Part shown: positions 1 to 9,163 of the stretch, in pieces | How positions within the stretch are numbered: position 1 is the first letter of the stretch | Layout: each line of letters starts with the position of its first letter | DNA from: Methanotrichaceae archaeon | Lineage (GTDB): Archaea > Halobacteriota > Methanosarcinia > Methanotrichales > Methanotrichaceae | DNA: 64,000 bases | Assembly: GCA_022865315.1 (NCBI GenBank) | Contig: JALHSR010000285.1 | Location: 1,626-65,625, forward strand | Direction: 5' to 3' | Translations under genes and position numbers: made by a program | Notes under the pieces: generated by a model | Told to the model about the DNA's origin: nothing | What the model saw: only the letters and a program-made list of their open reading frames with translations | Database searches by the model: none

Positions 1-1
1 A

Positions 2-442
2 CGTCTCCTAGATCTGTCTAAGCCGGGTTTCGAGATCGAGTCTGAGATGACAATAGAGAGTGTAAAGAAGGGGCTTAAAATTATTGAAGTTCCAATAAGC
101 TATAGCGCGCGTGCCATGGGGACTCAGACCAAGCTCAATCCAATTCGAGATGGTCTGAAAATCGTTCTTACCATATTTCGTATGGCAAGAACCCAAAATC
201 CTATGTTTTTTTTCGGTCTAATTGGATCGTTATTTGGAGCCATTGGATTTCTTTTTGGAATCTATGTTATTGGAGAATGGCTAAATGGTCGTATTGAACA
301 CGTGCCTTTAACAATACTAACAGCAATACTAATAATTGTGGGATTTCAGCTATTTTTAATAGGCATTCTAGGAGATGTGATGGCGTCCCATCATCAGGAA
401 GTTATGCATGAAATTCACAGAGTCTATAGAAAAAGAAAATAA
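2..442 (+). CDS. Glycosyltransferase family 2 (dolichyl-phosphate-sugar synthase-like), C-terminal fragment; the 5' end lies outside the window
   Basis: The frame is open from nt 2, with no stop before the listed ATG at 47. GFEIESEMTIESVKKGLKIIEVPISY is a typical end of a GT2 catalytic domain. Two hydrophobic helices follow (FFFGLIGSLFGAIGFLFGIYVI, LTILTAILIIVGFQLFLIGILG), as in GtrB/DPM-type enzymes. Confidence 0.75.
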   Translation, partial: RLLDLSKPGFEIESEMTIESVKKGLKIIEVPISYSARAMGTQTKLNPIRDGLKIVLTIFRMARTQNPMFFFGLIGSLFGAIGFLFGIYVIGEWLNGRIEHVPLTILTAILIIVGFQLFLIGILGDVMASHHQEVMHEIHRVYRKRK

Positions 443-444
443 AT

Positions 445-474
445 AAAAAAATAGATACTTGCGATATTTTTTTT
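445..474. terminator. Oligo-T terminator region between convergent genes
   Basis: A7 at 445-451 is T7 on the minus strand, about 59 nt downstream of the 510..4874 stop. T8 at 467-474 on the plus strand lies 25 nt after the GT2 stop at 440-442. Archaeal termination commonly uses oligo-T tracts. Confidence 0.5.
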
Positions 475-509
475 GTGAGATATATAAGGTTTTGCCTATT
501 CTTGTAATC

Positions 510-3500
510 CTATCGCGTATACTCTAATCGCGCTTCACTCAGGGCTTCAAGTAGATAAGCCCTTCCCGGTTCCAAGGTTGCATTTTCACCAAGGTAGTTC
601 CATTTCTTTCCATCATAGCTCCATAAAAAGGCCGAAACTATGCCGTTCTCAACCGCCTCCGGATAACTGTACCTCTTTCTCTCAGCGCTAACCGTGATGT
701 TATTGGCATTTAGGCTCTTATTTACGGGAATTCCGATCAAATTCCAGCCCTTGTTTAGCTTGATCTTGAAGGGCAATTCAAGGGGCTTGCCCGGAATCTC
801 AATTGTGAAGTTTTCTTGACTATCGATGAGGAAACCACTTCCCGGATCGAAAGATGTTATATTTTCCTTTCCTGCTTCGATCATATTGAAATTCCAATCT
901 TCTCCCTTGGGCGAAAATATGCTCCTAACTGGTTTATTCTTGATATATTTGGAAATAGATGGATCTTTAAGCTGTAGATAAATCGACAAGGGATTCCAGC
1001 CCACTGTAATATTTAGCAACTGTACTTGTCCTGGAATGACCATATACTCAATGCTGAATGATCTATTTTCCCCTAGCCTAGGTCTAATAACGGGCCACAA
1101 AACTTTCTTTTTATCTCGGAAGACATCTTCGTCGTGCCAAACAACTATGCCATTCTCTTTGACTATTATCTTATCTGCGTCTTTGGGCAGGATCACTTCT
1201 CCTAAGAGAGCTGGCGGTGCATTTAGCATAAGTTTGCCATCCGTATCATCAATCTCCATCCAATAGATCCAGTCAGTGGCAATGTCCTTAACTGGCGTTA
1301 TTGATGTCTCAATTTGGCTCTTATTATCCCTAGTCGCGTTTAGCTGCATCATTTCCGAGTTGTAAGGTAATTCTGGGGTTTTAGGCAAATAAGGCCTGAA
1401 GCTGGGATCTCCAAGGATAATGTTCATATTGGCTGTCTGGTTGAACATCTCGGGCACGGATGTCTTCCAATCTGGCAGGAATTCATCAAATTGGCTAATA
1501 TTCTTGATATTCTCTGTGCCTTTTAGCTTCATGCGGAACAAGTTATCTGAAGCTAGTTGAGCTTGCCCTATCGTAGCGTTTTCATAAACTAAAGCCTGGT
1601 AGAACCGCTTGGGATAATCTTCAGAGACGAATACATAGGCCAGAGAGCTGGGTGCAATATAGTTCACTGCTCCAGACCTGATAAAAGCTAATGCCATTGA
1701 GTCTTCAAGTCGCAGTGGAATGTACATTTCCGTGCCGCTTATATTTATCGCATAACCCTTAAGATTCGCAGTTACACAAGAATGTGCTGTAGTAGTTTGG
1801 GGCGTAAGAGTTAGTTGTTTTACTTGCGACTCATCTAGTGCCATATCTATTCTCGACCATGATGATAGTTGCCAAGCATTTTCAAGACCATGATGATCAA
1901 AGTATACGATATTTTGACCGTTATTCATTTGCGAAGCAGCCAGTTGAGAGGTGGCTTCTTCGTATCGAAGTTCTTTTACATTCATTCCCGCATCAGTCAG
2001 ATAGTTATTAATGCTGGAGGCTACCGGAGCTGCTATCGAGGAAAGTGGTGGGGATGTTATTAGTAATGCATTATCTTTCCAAGACCCGTTAATCTTGTTA
2101 TATGCAAAAGTACGGGCCATGAGTTGCGATGCATCATAAACGCTTAACCCAACAATTCGACCTACTGCAACTTCTGAATAATGATCGTCATCCATGTTGA
2201 TTTGATAATCTCTGTAGATATGGTATTCTATTGGATAATTCTCTGGTTGAATAAGGCCAGTAGAAATGAATGGCAGAGATCCTGGATCGCCGACGACCAT
2301 TAGGTATTCAGGGGATAGTTCGAGTTCTTCTACTCGCTCTCTAAGGAGTTCTTCTTCTCTTAACGGATTTATCTGCTGTGGGTCCTTCGCTAAATCCAGA
2401 AGCAATGCTTTATGGGCAGCAGCAGCTTGAGCTGCAACTAAAGAGATCCGCGGGACTTCAGTGTGACTGAAAGCGGTTATGTTTAAAGGCGGAACGCTAG
2501 AATCAACAATAATAGAATAATTTTCCGTCCTATGCGTGTATCCATCTCCCGCCTCTATATTAAATTTCCAATTTCCTGGTCTAAGAAGTGGGATTCTTAC
2601 TTTATAAACGCTGTCAGGAGGCGTTTCATTTATCTTCAGGCTACCGCTTCTTCCCTGGGGCGTATAAAAATTAACAATAGAATAGCTGGTTTGCCTTTCT
2701 GATCTCCAGGAAATATTTGCCGCCCCCGCCGGCATTCTAGCCGGATATGTTATGCCAACTATAGGCCAATCTTCTTTTCTCACTACAGTGATATTCTTGA
2801 GAAGACCATCATAAGTAAGTGTGGCTCCACTATCCAGGTTTTGCTCCCAGCCTGCGTCAAAAGGATAAAGAATTTCTACCTCCATTGCAACACTTGTTGA
2901 TTCGTCTGGATCCAATTTGTCTATCTTCCATCTCAGAAGAGAACCATTAAATAAGGCGTCTTCAGGCGTAGGTTCATGTCCTGTGAAAGGATCAATTATT
3001 TCAACTGAACCCCGGCTGGGCCTGGGCCATCTAATTAACCGACCGCTAGGGAAGACGTCAACTACGCTGATATTTTTCATAAATTCGTCTTTGCTATTTA
3101 TTAATGTTATATTGAGTCGAACAAACTCTCCAGCTCTCTCTGCCGGAATCTGGGAAGGATTGAACTCCTCTTGGATCAAGAGGTCTCCTTCTGAAGCGCG
3201 TTTAATTTCGGTTTTTGGTACAGCAGGAAGCAGTGACACATCATGAGAGTTTGTCAAAATCACCATATTGGTGCTTTCATTGTGGCTCGCCATTTCCTCG
3301 ACTAAAAATTTGTAGGAGCCCTTTATCAGAGTTAGATTCATCTGGGTAAGGTTGACTCGAGCCTTTTCGGATACGTCGAAGATAATTGTCTGGGTCGCAC
3401 CAAGGCGCTTTAATGCTTTCTTAGTTTCATTAGGTAGCATCTCCCCAGTGAAAAGTATGGGCCAATTTAAATAAGATGCCAAAGGAGCAGCAATCAATCC

Positions 3501-4874
3501 TGCGCTATAATTCTCTCCTACAATAACTGCACCTGGTGATCTTTCCCAATACTCACTCAGTTTCTCAGCCAGTTCGAAACTGTTATTGGCTTGGACTCTT
3601 GACTCAGCAGTCCAGGAGATATTGCCAATTCCGAGGGTATGTCCACCAAGTTGCCCCAAGAGCCATCTAGCAGATCTAGAGGGTGGTTCCATTTCCGACC
3701 ATAGCGGCGTATAGACGACATCATACTCGAAAACGAAGCCATCTATTCCTGCTTTTCCTAGGCTTTCTATATAATTCACTGTGCCTTCCACATTTTGGAT
3801 GGATAGGACGTACTCAATATAATCGTCATTAACCTTTACATATATGGGCTTTTGATTTGTACCCGAGATCAATTGAACATCTGAAACAGGAAGGGGAGTT
3901 ATTATCGTGAAATCAGCTATCTGGGAAATTTGACCGAAGTCGTAACCTTCACTGCGATCTAGGGGATTGCCGATTGCCACCCCCAAATCAATTGGGCCTA
4001 TTTCTGAGGTTATATTGCGTGCTTCGCGTACAATTTCAGTTACTTGCTCTTGTTTCCATTGGCTCCAGCGCTCGAGATTGTAGCTATTAGAATATACCTT
4101 GTTTAGATCAATGCCTGTATCTTTGTAGAACTCTTCTTTGCAGACATCGCAGAAACAGTATCTATTGTCCTGGAATCCAAAGTTGAAAAGCACAGCTCCA
4201 TCTGCTTCATATTCTTCGGCTATTATATCGATCTGGTTGAAAAGATCTTCTCTAGCTAATGGTTTTACGGGACAATATCGGGTTGCGTTGCCACCTACTT
4301 TGGGATCAGGTACCTGAAGCAAATTTGAATCGACACTTTGGGCCTCAGAACTCACTTTTTCAATACCAACGTCGTCAATAAATGCGTTCTTGATGGCGGC
4401 AAATGCCTGTTTGCTCTCTGCCAATTTAGCCTTTTCTAGTAATCCAATTTCGGAGGGTGCTGGACCAGGAATTTCCAATGTGGCGGTCACGTAGACCTTT
4501 AGCCCTTCTTTGTGAGCTGCCTCTACTAAGGCTTTCACCAAATCTCCTTTTCCATTAATTATCATAGTTGAGATGTTGGCTGACTTGAAGGATTCAACAA
4601 TATTTGAAACACCATATCGCTCTAGGTCTACCTGATCAATCCAGCCTAGGCGCCTACCAGCATTAACATCTTTTGGCAGAATGAGAAGTGTGTTTGCAAT
4701 GTTGCGGTCGTCCTCTGACCAGATAGCCAGAGGGGTAGCAGCTATAGAGTCATGCCAATCATCTGCGCCCACCAACACTATATCCTCGACCGGGCCCTTT
4801 ACACCTCTTTCAAGCTGGGCAAATGCTCCAGCGCAGAGAATTGAAAATGCGAATATAGCCCAGAACAGTCTCAC
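510..4874 (-). CDS. Large secreted multidomain envelope protein (1454 aa) with CWB2-like modules, a GHL10-like region, Ig-like repeats and a C25 (gingipain)-like peptidase-fold domain
   Basis: Uninterrupted 4.4-kb ORF with a GTG start in a GTGA overlap with the upstream gene; a GAGGAGG Shine-Dalgarno lies 7-8 nt upstream. Signal peptide MRLFWAIFAFSILCAGAFAQ. Motifs: VLVGADDWHDSIAATPLAIW and AVIVGENYSAGLIAAPLASYLNWPILFT (CWB2-like), RYCFCDVCKEEF (GHL10-like CxCxxC), and VAVGRI...YFDHHG...AHSCVTAN (C25-like His/Cys). Many N-x-S/T sequons. Confidence 0.85.
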   Translation of the reverse strand: MRLFWAIFAFSILCAGAFAQLERGVKGPVEDIVLVGADDWHDSIAATPLAIWSEDDRNIANTLLILPKDVNAGRRLGWIDQVDLERYGVSNIVESFKSANISTMIINGKGDLVKALVEAAHKEGLKVYVTATLEIPGPAPSEIGLLEKAKLAESKQAFAAIKNAFIDDVGIEKVSSEAQSVDSNLLQVPDPKVGGNATRYCPVKPLAREDLFNQIDIIAEEYEADGAVLFNFGFQDNRYCFCDVCKEEFYKDTGIDLNKVYSNSYNLERWSQWKQEQVTEIVREARNITSEIGPIDLGVAIGNPLDRSEGYDFGQISQIADFTIITPLPVSDVQLISGTNQKPIYVKVNDDYIEYVLSIQNVEGTVNYIESLGKAGIDGFVFEYDVVYTPLWSEMEPPSRSARWLLGQLGGHTLGIGNISWTAESRVQANNSFELAEKLSEYWERSPGAVIVGENYSAGLIAAPLASYLNWPILFTGEMLPNETKKALKRLGATQTIIFDVSEKARVNLTQMNLTLIKGSYKFLVEEMASHNESTNMVILTNSHDVSLLPAVPKTEIKRASEGDLLIQEEFNPSQIPAERAGEFVRLNITLINSKDEFMKNISVVDVFPSGRLIRWPRPSRGSVEIIDPFTGHEPTPEDALFNGSLLRWKIDKLDPDESTSVAMEVEILYPFDAGWEQNLDSGATLTYDGLLKNITVVRKEDWPIVGITYPARMPAGAANISWRSERQTSYSIVNFYTPQGRSGSLKINETPPDSVYKVRIPLLRPGNWKFNIEAGDGYTHRTENYSIIVDSSVPPLNITAFSHTEVPRISLVAAQAAAAHKALLLDLAKDPQQINPLREEELLRERVEELELSPEYLMVVGDPGSLPFISTGLIQPENYPIEYHIYRDYQINMDDDHYSEVAVGRIVGLSVYDASQLMARTFAYNKINGSWKDNALLITSPPLSSIAAPVASSINNYLTDAGMNVKELRYEEATSQLAASQMNNGQNIVYFDHHGLENAWQLSSWSRIDMALDESQVKQLTLTPQTTTAHSCVTANLKGYAINISGTEMYIPLRLEDSMALAFIRSGAVNYIAPSSLAYVFVSEDYPKRFYQALVYENATIGQAQLASDNLFRMKLKGTENIKNISQFDEFLPDWKTSVPEMFNQTANMNIILGDPSFRPYLPKTPELPYNSEMMQLNATRDNKSQIETSITPVKDIATDWIYWMEIDDTDGKLMLNAPPALLGEVILPKDADKIIVKENGIVVWHDEDVFRDKKKVLWPVIRPRLGENRSFSIEYMVIPGQVQLLNITVGWNPLSIYLQLKDPSISKYIKNKPVRSIFSPKGEDWNFNMIEAGKENITSFDPGSGFLIDSQENFTIEIPGKPLELPFKIKLNKGWNLIGIPVNKSLNANNITVSAERKRYSYPEAVENGIVSAFLWSYDGKKWNYLGENATLEPGRAYLLEALSEARLEYTR

Positions 4875-6451
4875 CTTGCGGCCTCCTCGATCGATATACC
4901 CATATCTTCCAGTGTCTTCAAATTATTTTCTCCAATATTGCCCACCACAACGGCCTTATTCAGCTTATTCTTCCTTTTTGTAAGATCATTCACTATTGTT
5001 GTCGTAGCATTGGTCATTGTCGAATCGAAGATCACCATTGGTAAATTGCGTATTTTGGCTTCTTGATAGGCTTTAAAGATATCAGTTTGTTCTGGACTTG
5101 AAAAAATTATTTCAGTTGTCCCATTTTGCCATATATCCGCCACAAATCGCCAGGTCAATTCACAAAGGTTGTTGCCGTCGATTCTCTTAATCTCAAGATC
5201 CTGTAAGGATTTCTCCACTTCGCTGGAAACTATTGATTGGTTACCAATAATCACGACCTTGGAAAAGGACAATAAGCTTTGCCTATCAATCCCATCCAAC
5301 TTTCCCTGCGTCAAGGAGAATGAGGGCAAGCTTTGATTATCTGGGCTTGCCAAGGAAGCTATAGCATTATATATGAAATCATCACCGGTTAGGATTGCTG
5401 TGCCATTGGGCTTAACCACTTTTATTGTAGTTATCTCCTCTGGCATCGGTACGCCATTAGAGTCAATGAGCTTGAATATCATGATGTAATCGCCCGGCTC
5501 AGTTGATAGCATAGTAAAGTTGGCTACTCCAGGTTTGTCGGGGGAAATATCTGCAACCTGAGTAAGAGGAATGACCATTAACTTTAGAGGCGTTATAACG
5601 CCTATCCTTATGCTTTCACTCACATCAAGGGCAATGATAAGTGCCCCTTGGTAGGTCCTATTAACGGCAATTCTTACAGGCACATCGATCTTTACGTCAT
5701 ATGCTCGTACTCCTTTTCCGAATTCAACTTCCGCTTTAACCGAGGAATTCTTCGATCTATTGCCAAGCGATGTGGCTACCAAATCCATTTGATCCTTCTT
5801 GCCCGGATTAGACGTCTCTATATTGAGTTTGAGAGGATGACTCATGCCAGGTTCAAGGGGTAGGTTGTAAGGTAATGAGACATCCTTTTCTCCATCTAAT
5901 AGGCTTAACGACCATGCTTCAGGAGAATTTGGGGCATCTATCGAGGCTACTTCTCTGAAACGCCCAAGGTTCTTTACCAAAATTTCGAACTCAGCAACAT
6001 CATCGGCCTCGGCAAAAGTTGAGGCAAATTTTGCCTCATTGATAGTCATGCTTAGGCCGTAGCTCTCCTGATCAACAATACTAATATTAAACTCTATAAG
6101 GACAGGCATAGAAGGTGGAGCAGCATCAATTAAATATAAAAATCCTCCATAATTTCCGATCTGTGTTTCAGGCGGAACAACAAAAAAAATTTTGGCTTTC
6201 TCTTTCTCTTGGGGAGGCAGTATCTTAAACTCGGGCATCTCTAGGACAATGAAATCTTTAGCGTTGCCGCCTATCGGCGTATTCATGATCTTGAAAATAG
6301 GCGAATCACCTACATTTTGTAAAGTTAGCGTTTTTTGTTCTACTTCACCTGGATGCAACACGATATCAAATCTTTCCCTATCAGGTGCCAGTTGAGCCTC
6401 AGCTGCGCCACTTAAGAGTAATATGATAGTTATGAACCAAATCAGCTTCAT
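4871..6451 (-). CDS. Secreted envelope protein (526 aa) with Ig-like/NEW3-CARDB-like beta-sandwich repeats and a C-terminal CWB2-like triad
   Basis: Signal peptide MKLIWFITIILLLSGAAEAQ. FEILVKNLGRFREVASIDAPNSPEAWSLSL...LEPGMSHPLKLNIETS resembles COG1470/NEW3-type repeats. The C-terminal VVIIGNQSIVSSEVEKSL..RIDGNNLCELTW, TEIIFSSPEQTD...LPMVIFD and AVVVGNIGENNLKTL resemble cell-wall-binding repeat 2. The stop overlaps the downstream start. Confidence 0.8.
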   Translation of the reverse strand: MKLIWFITIILLLSGAAEAQLAPDRERFDIVLHPGEVEQKTLTLQNVGDSPIFKIMNTPIGGNAKDFIVLEMPEFKILPPQEKEKAKIFFVVPPETQIGNYGGFLYLIDAAPPSMPVLIEFNISIVDQESYGLSMTINEAKFASTFAEADDVAEFEILVKNLGRFREVASIDAPNSPEAWSLSLLDGEKDVSLPYNLPLEPGMSHPLKLNIETSNPGKKDQMDLVATSLGNRSKNSSVKAEVEFGKGVRAYDVKIDVPVRIAVNRTYQGALIIALDVSESIRIGVITPLKLMVIPLTQVADISPDKPGVANFTMLSTEPGDYIMIFKLIDSNGVPMPEEITTIKVVKPNGTAILTGDDFIYNAIASLASPDNQSLPSFSLTQGKLDGIDRQSLLSFSKVVIIGNQSIVSSEVEKSLQDLEIKRIDGNNLCELTWRFVADIWQNGTTEIIFSSPEQTDIFKAYQEAKIRNLPMVIFDSTMTNATTTIVNDLTKRKNKLNKAVVVGNIGENNLKTLEDMGISIEEAAR

Positions 6452-6591
6452 TTAACACCACACAACAATAATATACATTATAAACAAGTTGTTTCGACTA
6501 TCCCCTTCTCCCTTATGACCAATCATTTGGTAAGCTTTTAGTCGGCGGGATAGTTTATATGTGTTATCGTGTCCTAAGGACAGTTGATAGC

Positions 6592-7065
6592 ATGGAGCAC
6601 TATAAAGCTTGTTTAATAGCTATGCCCTTCAAGAAGCGGATCATTAAGAGCATTAAAGTAAGTGATTTCATATTTATGCTTTCATTTGACCTGAAGTGGG
6701 GATCTCCAGAGAAAGTCAGAGTTTTGCTTAGAGAGGCTGAAGTTGAGGGTCTGGTTAGGATTGAAGGAGACATGGTTTATGCAACAACCGAGACCGATTT
6801 GATAGAAATACCTCTTGGTTTCAAGCCTCCAATGAATGAAGATTTTCTGGATAAATGCATCATGCTGGTTTCATCCAAGACAGGGATGAGCCGCAAAGAG
6901 ATCATAGCTCTTGTCAACGAGCGGCAGGATTCATTCCAAAAACTGATCAATATGGATGCTTTAGTGCTGTTGCTAGGTAGAGAAATGGGAATAGATGTTG
7001 GCAACCTCGCAGCCGAAGCATACCAAAACCTTTTGGAGAGCGTCGGAACGAGAAATGCGCTTTAA
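6592..7065 (+). CDS. Conserved archaeal hypothetical protein, DUF2240-like
   Basis: MPFKKRIIKSIKVSDFIFMLSFDLKWGSPEKVRVLLREAEVEGLVRIEGDMVYAT matches my recollection of the DUF2240 N-terminal pattern (PFK...FV..LSLD..WFSP.qA..L...A...GLL). The ORF track starts at ATG 6559. I prefer ATG 6592 because TTTATAT at 6554-6560 looks like the TATA box. Confidence 0.55.
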   Translation: MEHYKACLIAMPFKKRIIKSIKVSDFIFMLSFDLKWGSPEKVRVLLREAEVEGLVRIEGDMVYATTETDLIEIPLGFKPPMNEDFLDKCIMLVSSKTGMSRKEIIALVNERQDSFQKLINMDALVLLLGREMGIDVGNLAAEAYQNLLESVGTRNAL

Positions 7066-7574
7066 AAATGCTTAACTTTTTCTTCTGCATGAGAGTTAAT
7101 CATGGGGTGATATGGCCTTGTATGAGCTCTTAGGAATCTCTAAGGAACGGGTGAACGAAATTGCTTGGGGATGGTTCGAATAGCTTGCTCTCCATCAAAA
7201 ATGCCAATTGATCGGATATTAAGCCAAAGAGAATGCTGGATGGATCAAGAAAGTGCAGATAATTTTGTTTGTGGGTGGTTTTGGGCAAACACGCCTGCGT
7301 TTCCGAGGTATTCAATGTGTGATGGTAGACAAGATGGAGCAGGAACATTCTGAAATCCGAAAAAGGGTATATTCATTCAGGGTGTATCGAGGTTTACATT
7401 AGTCACGAATTAAATGTTCGCTAGTATCCTCTTAAACGCCCTAAATTGGCTTTCTCTTGAGTCATTACTAGCTTTCATCCTTTCATCGAACGCTAGGTCT
7501 AAATGGAGCTGAGGTTTGAATGTTTGAAAGCATCCTTCAACGCAATCCGTTAAATCAAATATAATGACCAATAA

Positions 7575-7605
7575 TTTTATTGATTATCAATAAAAGGTAT
7601 ATAAA
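7575..7605 (+). promoter_or_regulatory. Perfect 21-nt palindrome abutting a TATA box; candidate operator and promoter of the radical SAM operon
   Basis: TTTTATTGAT-T-ATCAATAAAA at 7575-7595 has 10-bp arms and a 1-nt spacer. TATATAAA follows at 7598-7605, 3 nt later, and about 200 nt upstream of the ATG at 7804. Confidence 0.45.
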
Positions 7606-7803
7606 TATCTGGAGCAGCCCAATGGCTTTGGTTTTTTTAGCTCTCAATATTTTGTTTTCAATTCGCAAAGTTGGTCAGACAAAACACCCAGGTTTTAAAT
7701 GGTTATGATATGGCGTGCAACAGGAATCTAATAAAATCTAAGTATTTAAAGAACGCGAGAAGAGCATCGCAAGCTTAATCTTTCATGCCATTGAGGTCTA
7801 ACT

Positions 7804-9153
7804 ATGCCCGTCAGGGTTCTATTTACAACGATTTACAAGAATGATCCAAGTCCATACGATTATATTGGTTCGAACTCGAAATCAAAGTGGTTTAGATTTT
7901 ATTGGCCAAGGATCCAGTCCTTTGGTTTGCGATTCCTAAAACAGAACATACCAGAGCTGCAGATCCTTGAGTTTCCCACCTGGGATGAATTTTATGCAAG
8001 ATTAAATGAGGGTTGGGATGTTGTTGGCATTTCCTTCTACCTTAGTGAGACCCAAGAAGCTCTGGATATGGTCGAAACTGCCCGCCAATTAGGCACAGTA
8101 GGAGAACTATGGGCCGGAAATTATGGTGCCCTAACGCCAGAAATTCAGAGCAAGTTCGACAGGATTTTCGTAGGTTATGCTGAGCATCAGCTTGCACCTT
8201 ACTTTGGCAGACAGACTAAAGAATTAATACATCCTCCTCTAATCGAGTATTTAAATACGGTCTTTAGGATAAAGCTGAACATATATGGAATCATGTTTAC
8301 GATGCGGGGCTGTTCAATTGGATGCACGTTCTGTCAGACACCAGTTTTCTGCAATAAGCCGACCCCGATACCGCTTGAAAGCTTGGAGAGGCTCATTGCT
8401 TACTATAAAGAGCACAATATCAATACCGTATTAATTGAGGACGAGAATTTTGGGTCAAATAGGGAGCATGCTGACAGGGTTGTTAGCCTTTTGGATGATT
8501 ATGCGATGATCTGGGGTTGCATGGCTCGCGCTGATTACTTGAAATATAAAATCCCTGAGTGGGTTGAGATGAGAAAACTCAAGGGAAAAAATCAAGTAGC
8601 AGGTTTCGGTGGAGCTGCCATAGGAATTGAAAATCTGCACCAAGCAAGGTTGAACGAGATAAAAAAGAAGGAAGGGAAAGAAGATATTTTAGAGACAATC
8701 CAGCTTCTCCAAAAATATGATCTAGGCACCGTGGGCTACTACATTATTGGTTTCGAAGATGATACGAAAGAAAGTCTAAAGGATGATATTAGGAGGCTGG
8801 CTTCATTGAAGTTGGATATTACTCAGATTTGTGTCTTAACGCCATTACCTCAAACTCCTTTATATGACGAGATTGTGGAAAAATATGGCATATGGGATAA
8901 CGATTATCATCACTTCGATGGCAAACATTTAGTTTGGAACCACCCCAATATTAATCCTAAAGACATGGATAAAATCTTAGACCAATCTCTTAGGTCAGTA
9001 AATTCATGGATTTCTCCTATTAGGACATCGGCGAGGGTCTGGGCCAATGCCTATCGTTATGCAGGCTTAACCGGAGTAAAAGAGGTTGCATCCTACATTT
9101 CGCAGGCCAATAAATTTGACTTCAGCCAAAAAAGGCTTCTGAATATTATTTGA
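7804..9153 (+). CDS. Radical SAM enzyme with an N-terminal B12-binding-like domain (449 aa)
   Basis: CxxxCxxC cluster motif in MRGCSIGCTFCQTP. The upstream Rossmann-like segment WDVVGISFYLSETQEALDMVETARQLG is typical of class B radical SAM enzymes. Downstream GYYIIGFEDDT and TPLPQTPLY are elements common to this superfamily. Confidence 0.8.
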   Translation: MPVRVLFTTIYKNDPSPYDYIGSNSKSKWFRFYWPRIQSFGLRFLKQNIPELQILEFPTWDEFYARLNEGWDVVGISFYLSETQEALDMVETARQLGTVGELWAGNYGALTPEIQSKFDRIFVGYAEHQLAPYFGRQTKELIHPPLIEYLNTVFRIKLNIYGIMFTMRGCSIGCTFCQTPVFCNKPTPIPLESLERLIAYYKEHNINTVLIEDENFGSNREHADRVVSLLDDYAMIWGCMARADYLKYKIPEWVEMRKLKGKNQVAGFGGAAIGIENLHQARLNEIKKKEGKEDILETIQLLQKYDLGTVGYYIIGFEDDTKESLKDDIRRLASLKLDITQICVLTPLPQTPLYDEIVEKYGIWDNDYHHFDGKHLVWNHPNINPKDMDKILDQSLRSVNSWISPIRTSARVWANAYRYAGLTGVKEVASYISQANKFDFSQKRLLNII

Positions 9154-9163
9154 TTTTTGAGGC

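Noticed and set aside
7173-7181. GGTTCGAAT, a tRNA T-loop-like string
   Set aside because: Flanking bases do not form a T-stem (GATGG versus AGCTT), and no acceptor or anticodon arms can be drawn. It is not a tRNA.
7165-7353. Cys-containing 62-aa ORF considered as a possible RiPP precursor for the radical SAM pair
   Set aside because: It lies 450 nt upstream of the radical SAM genes and upstream of the likely promoter. It has no Shine-Dalgarno or TATA context and is mirrored by an equally long antisense ORF (7130-7348), so chance explains it.
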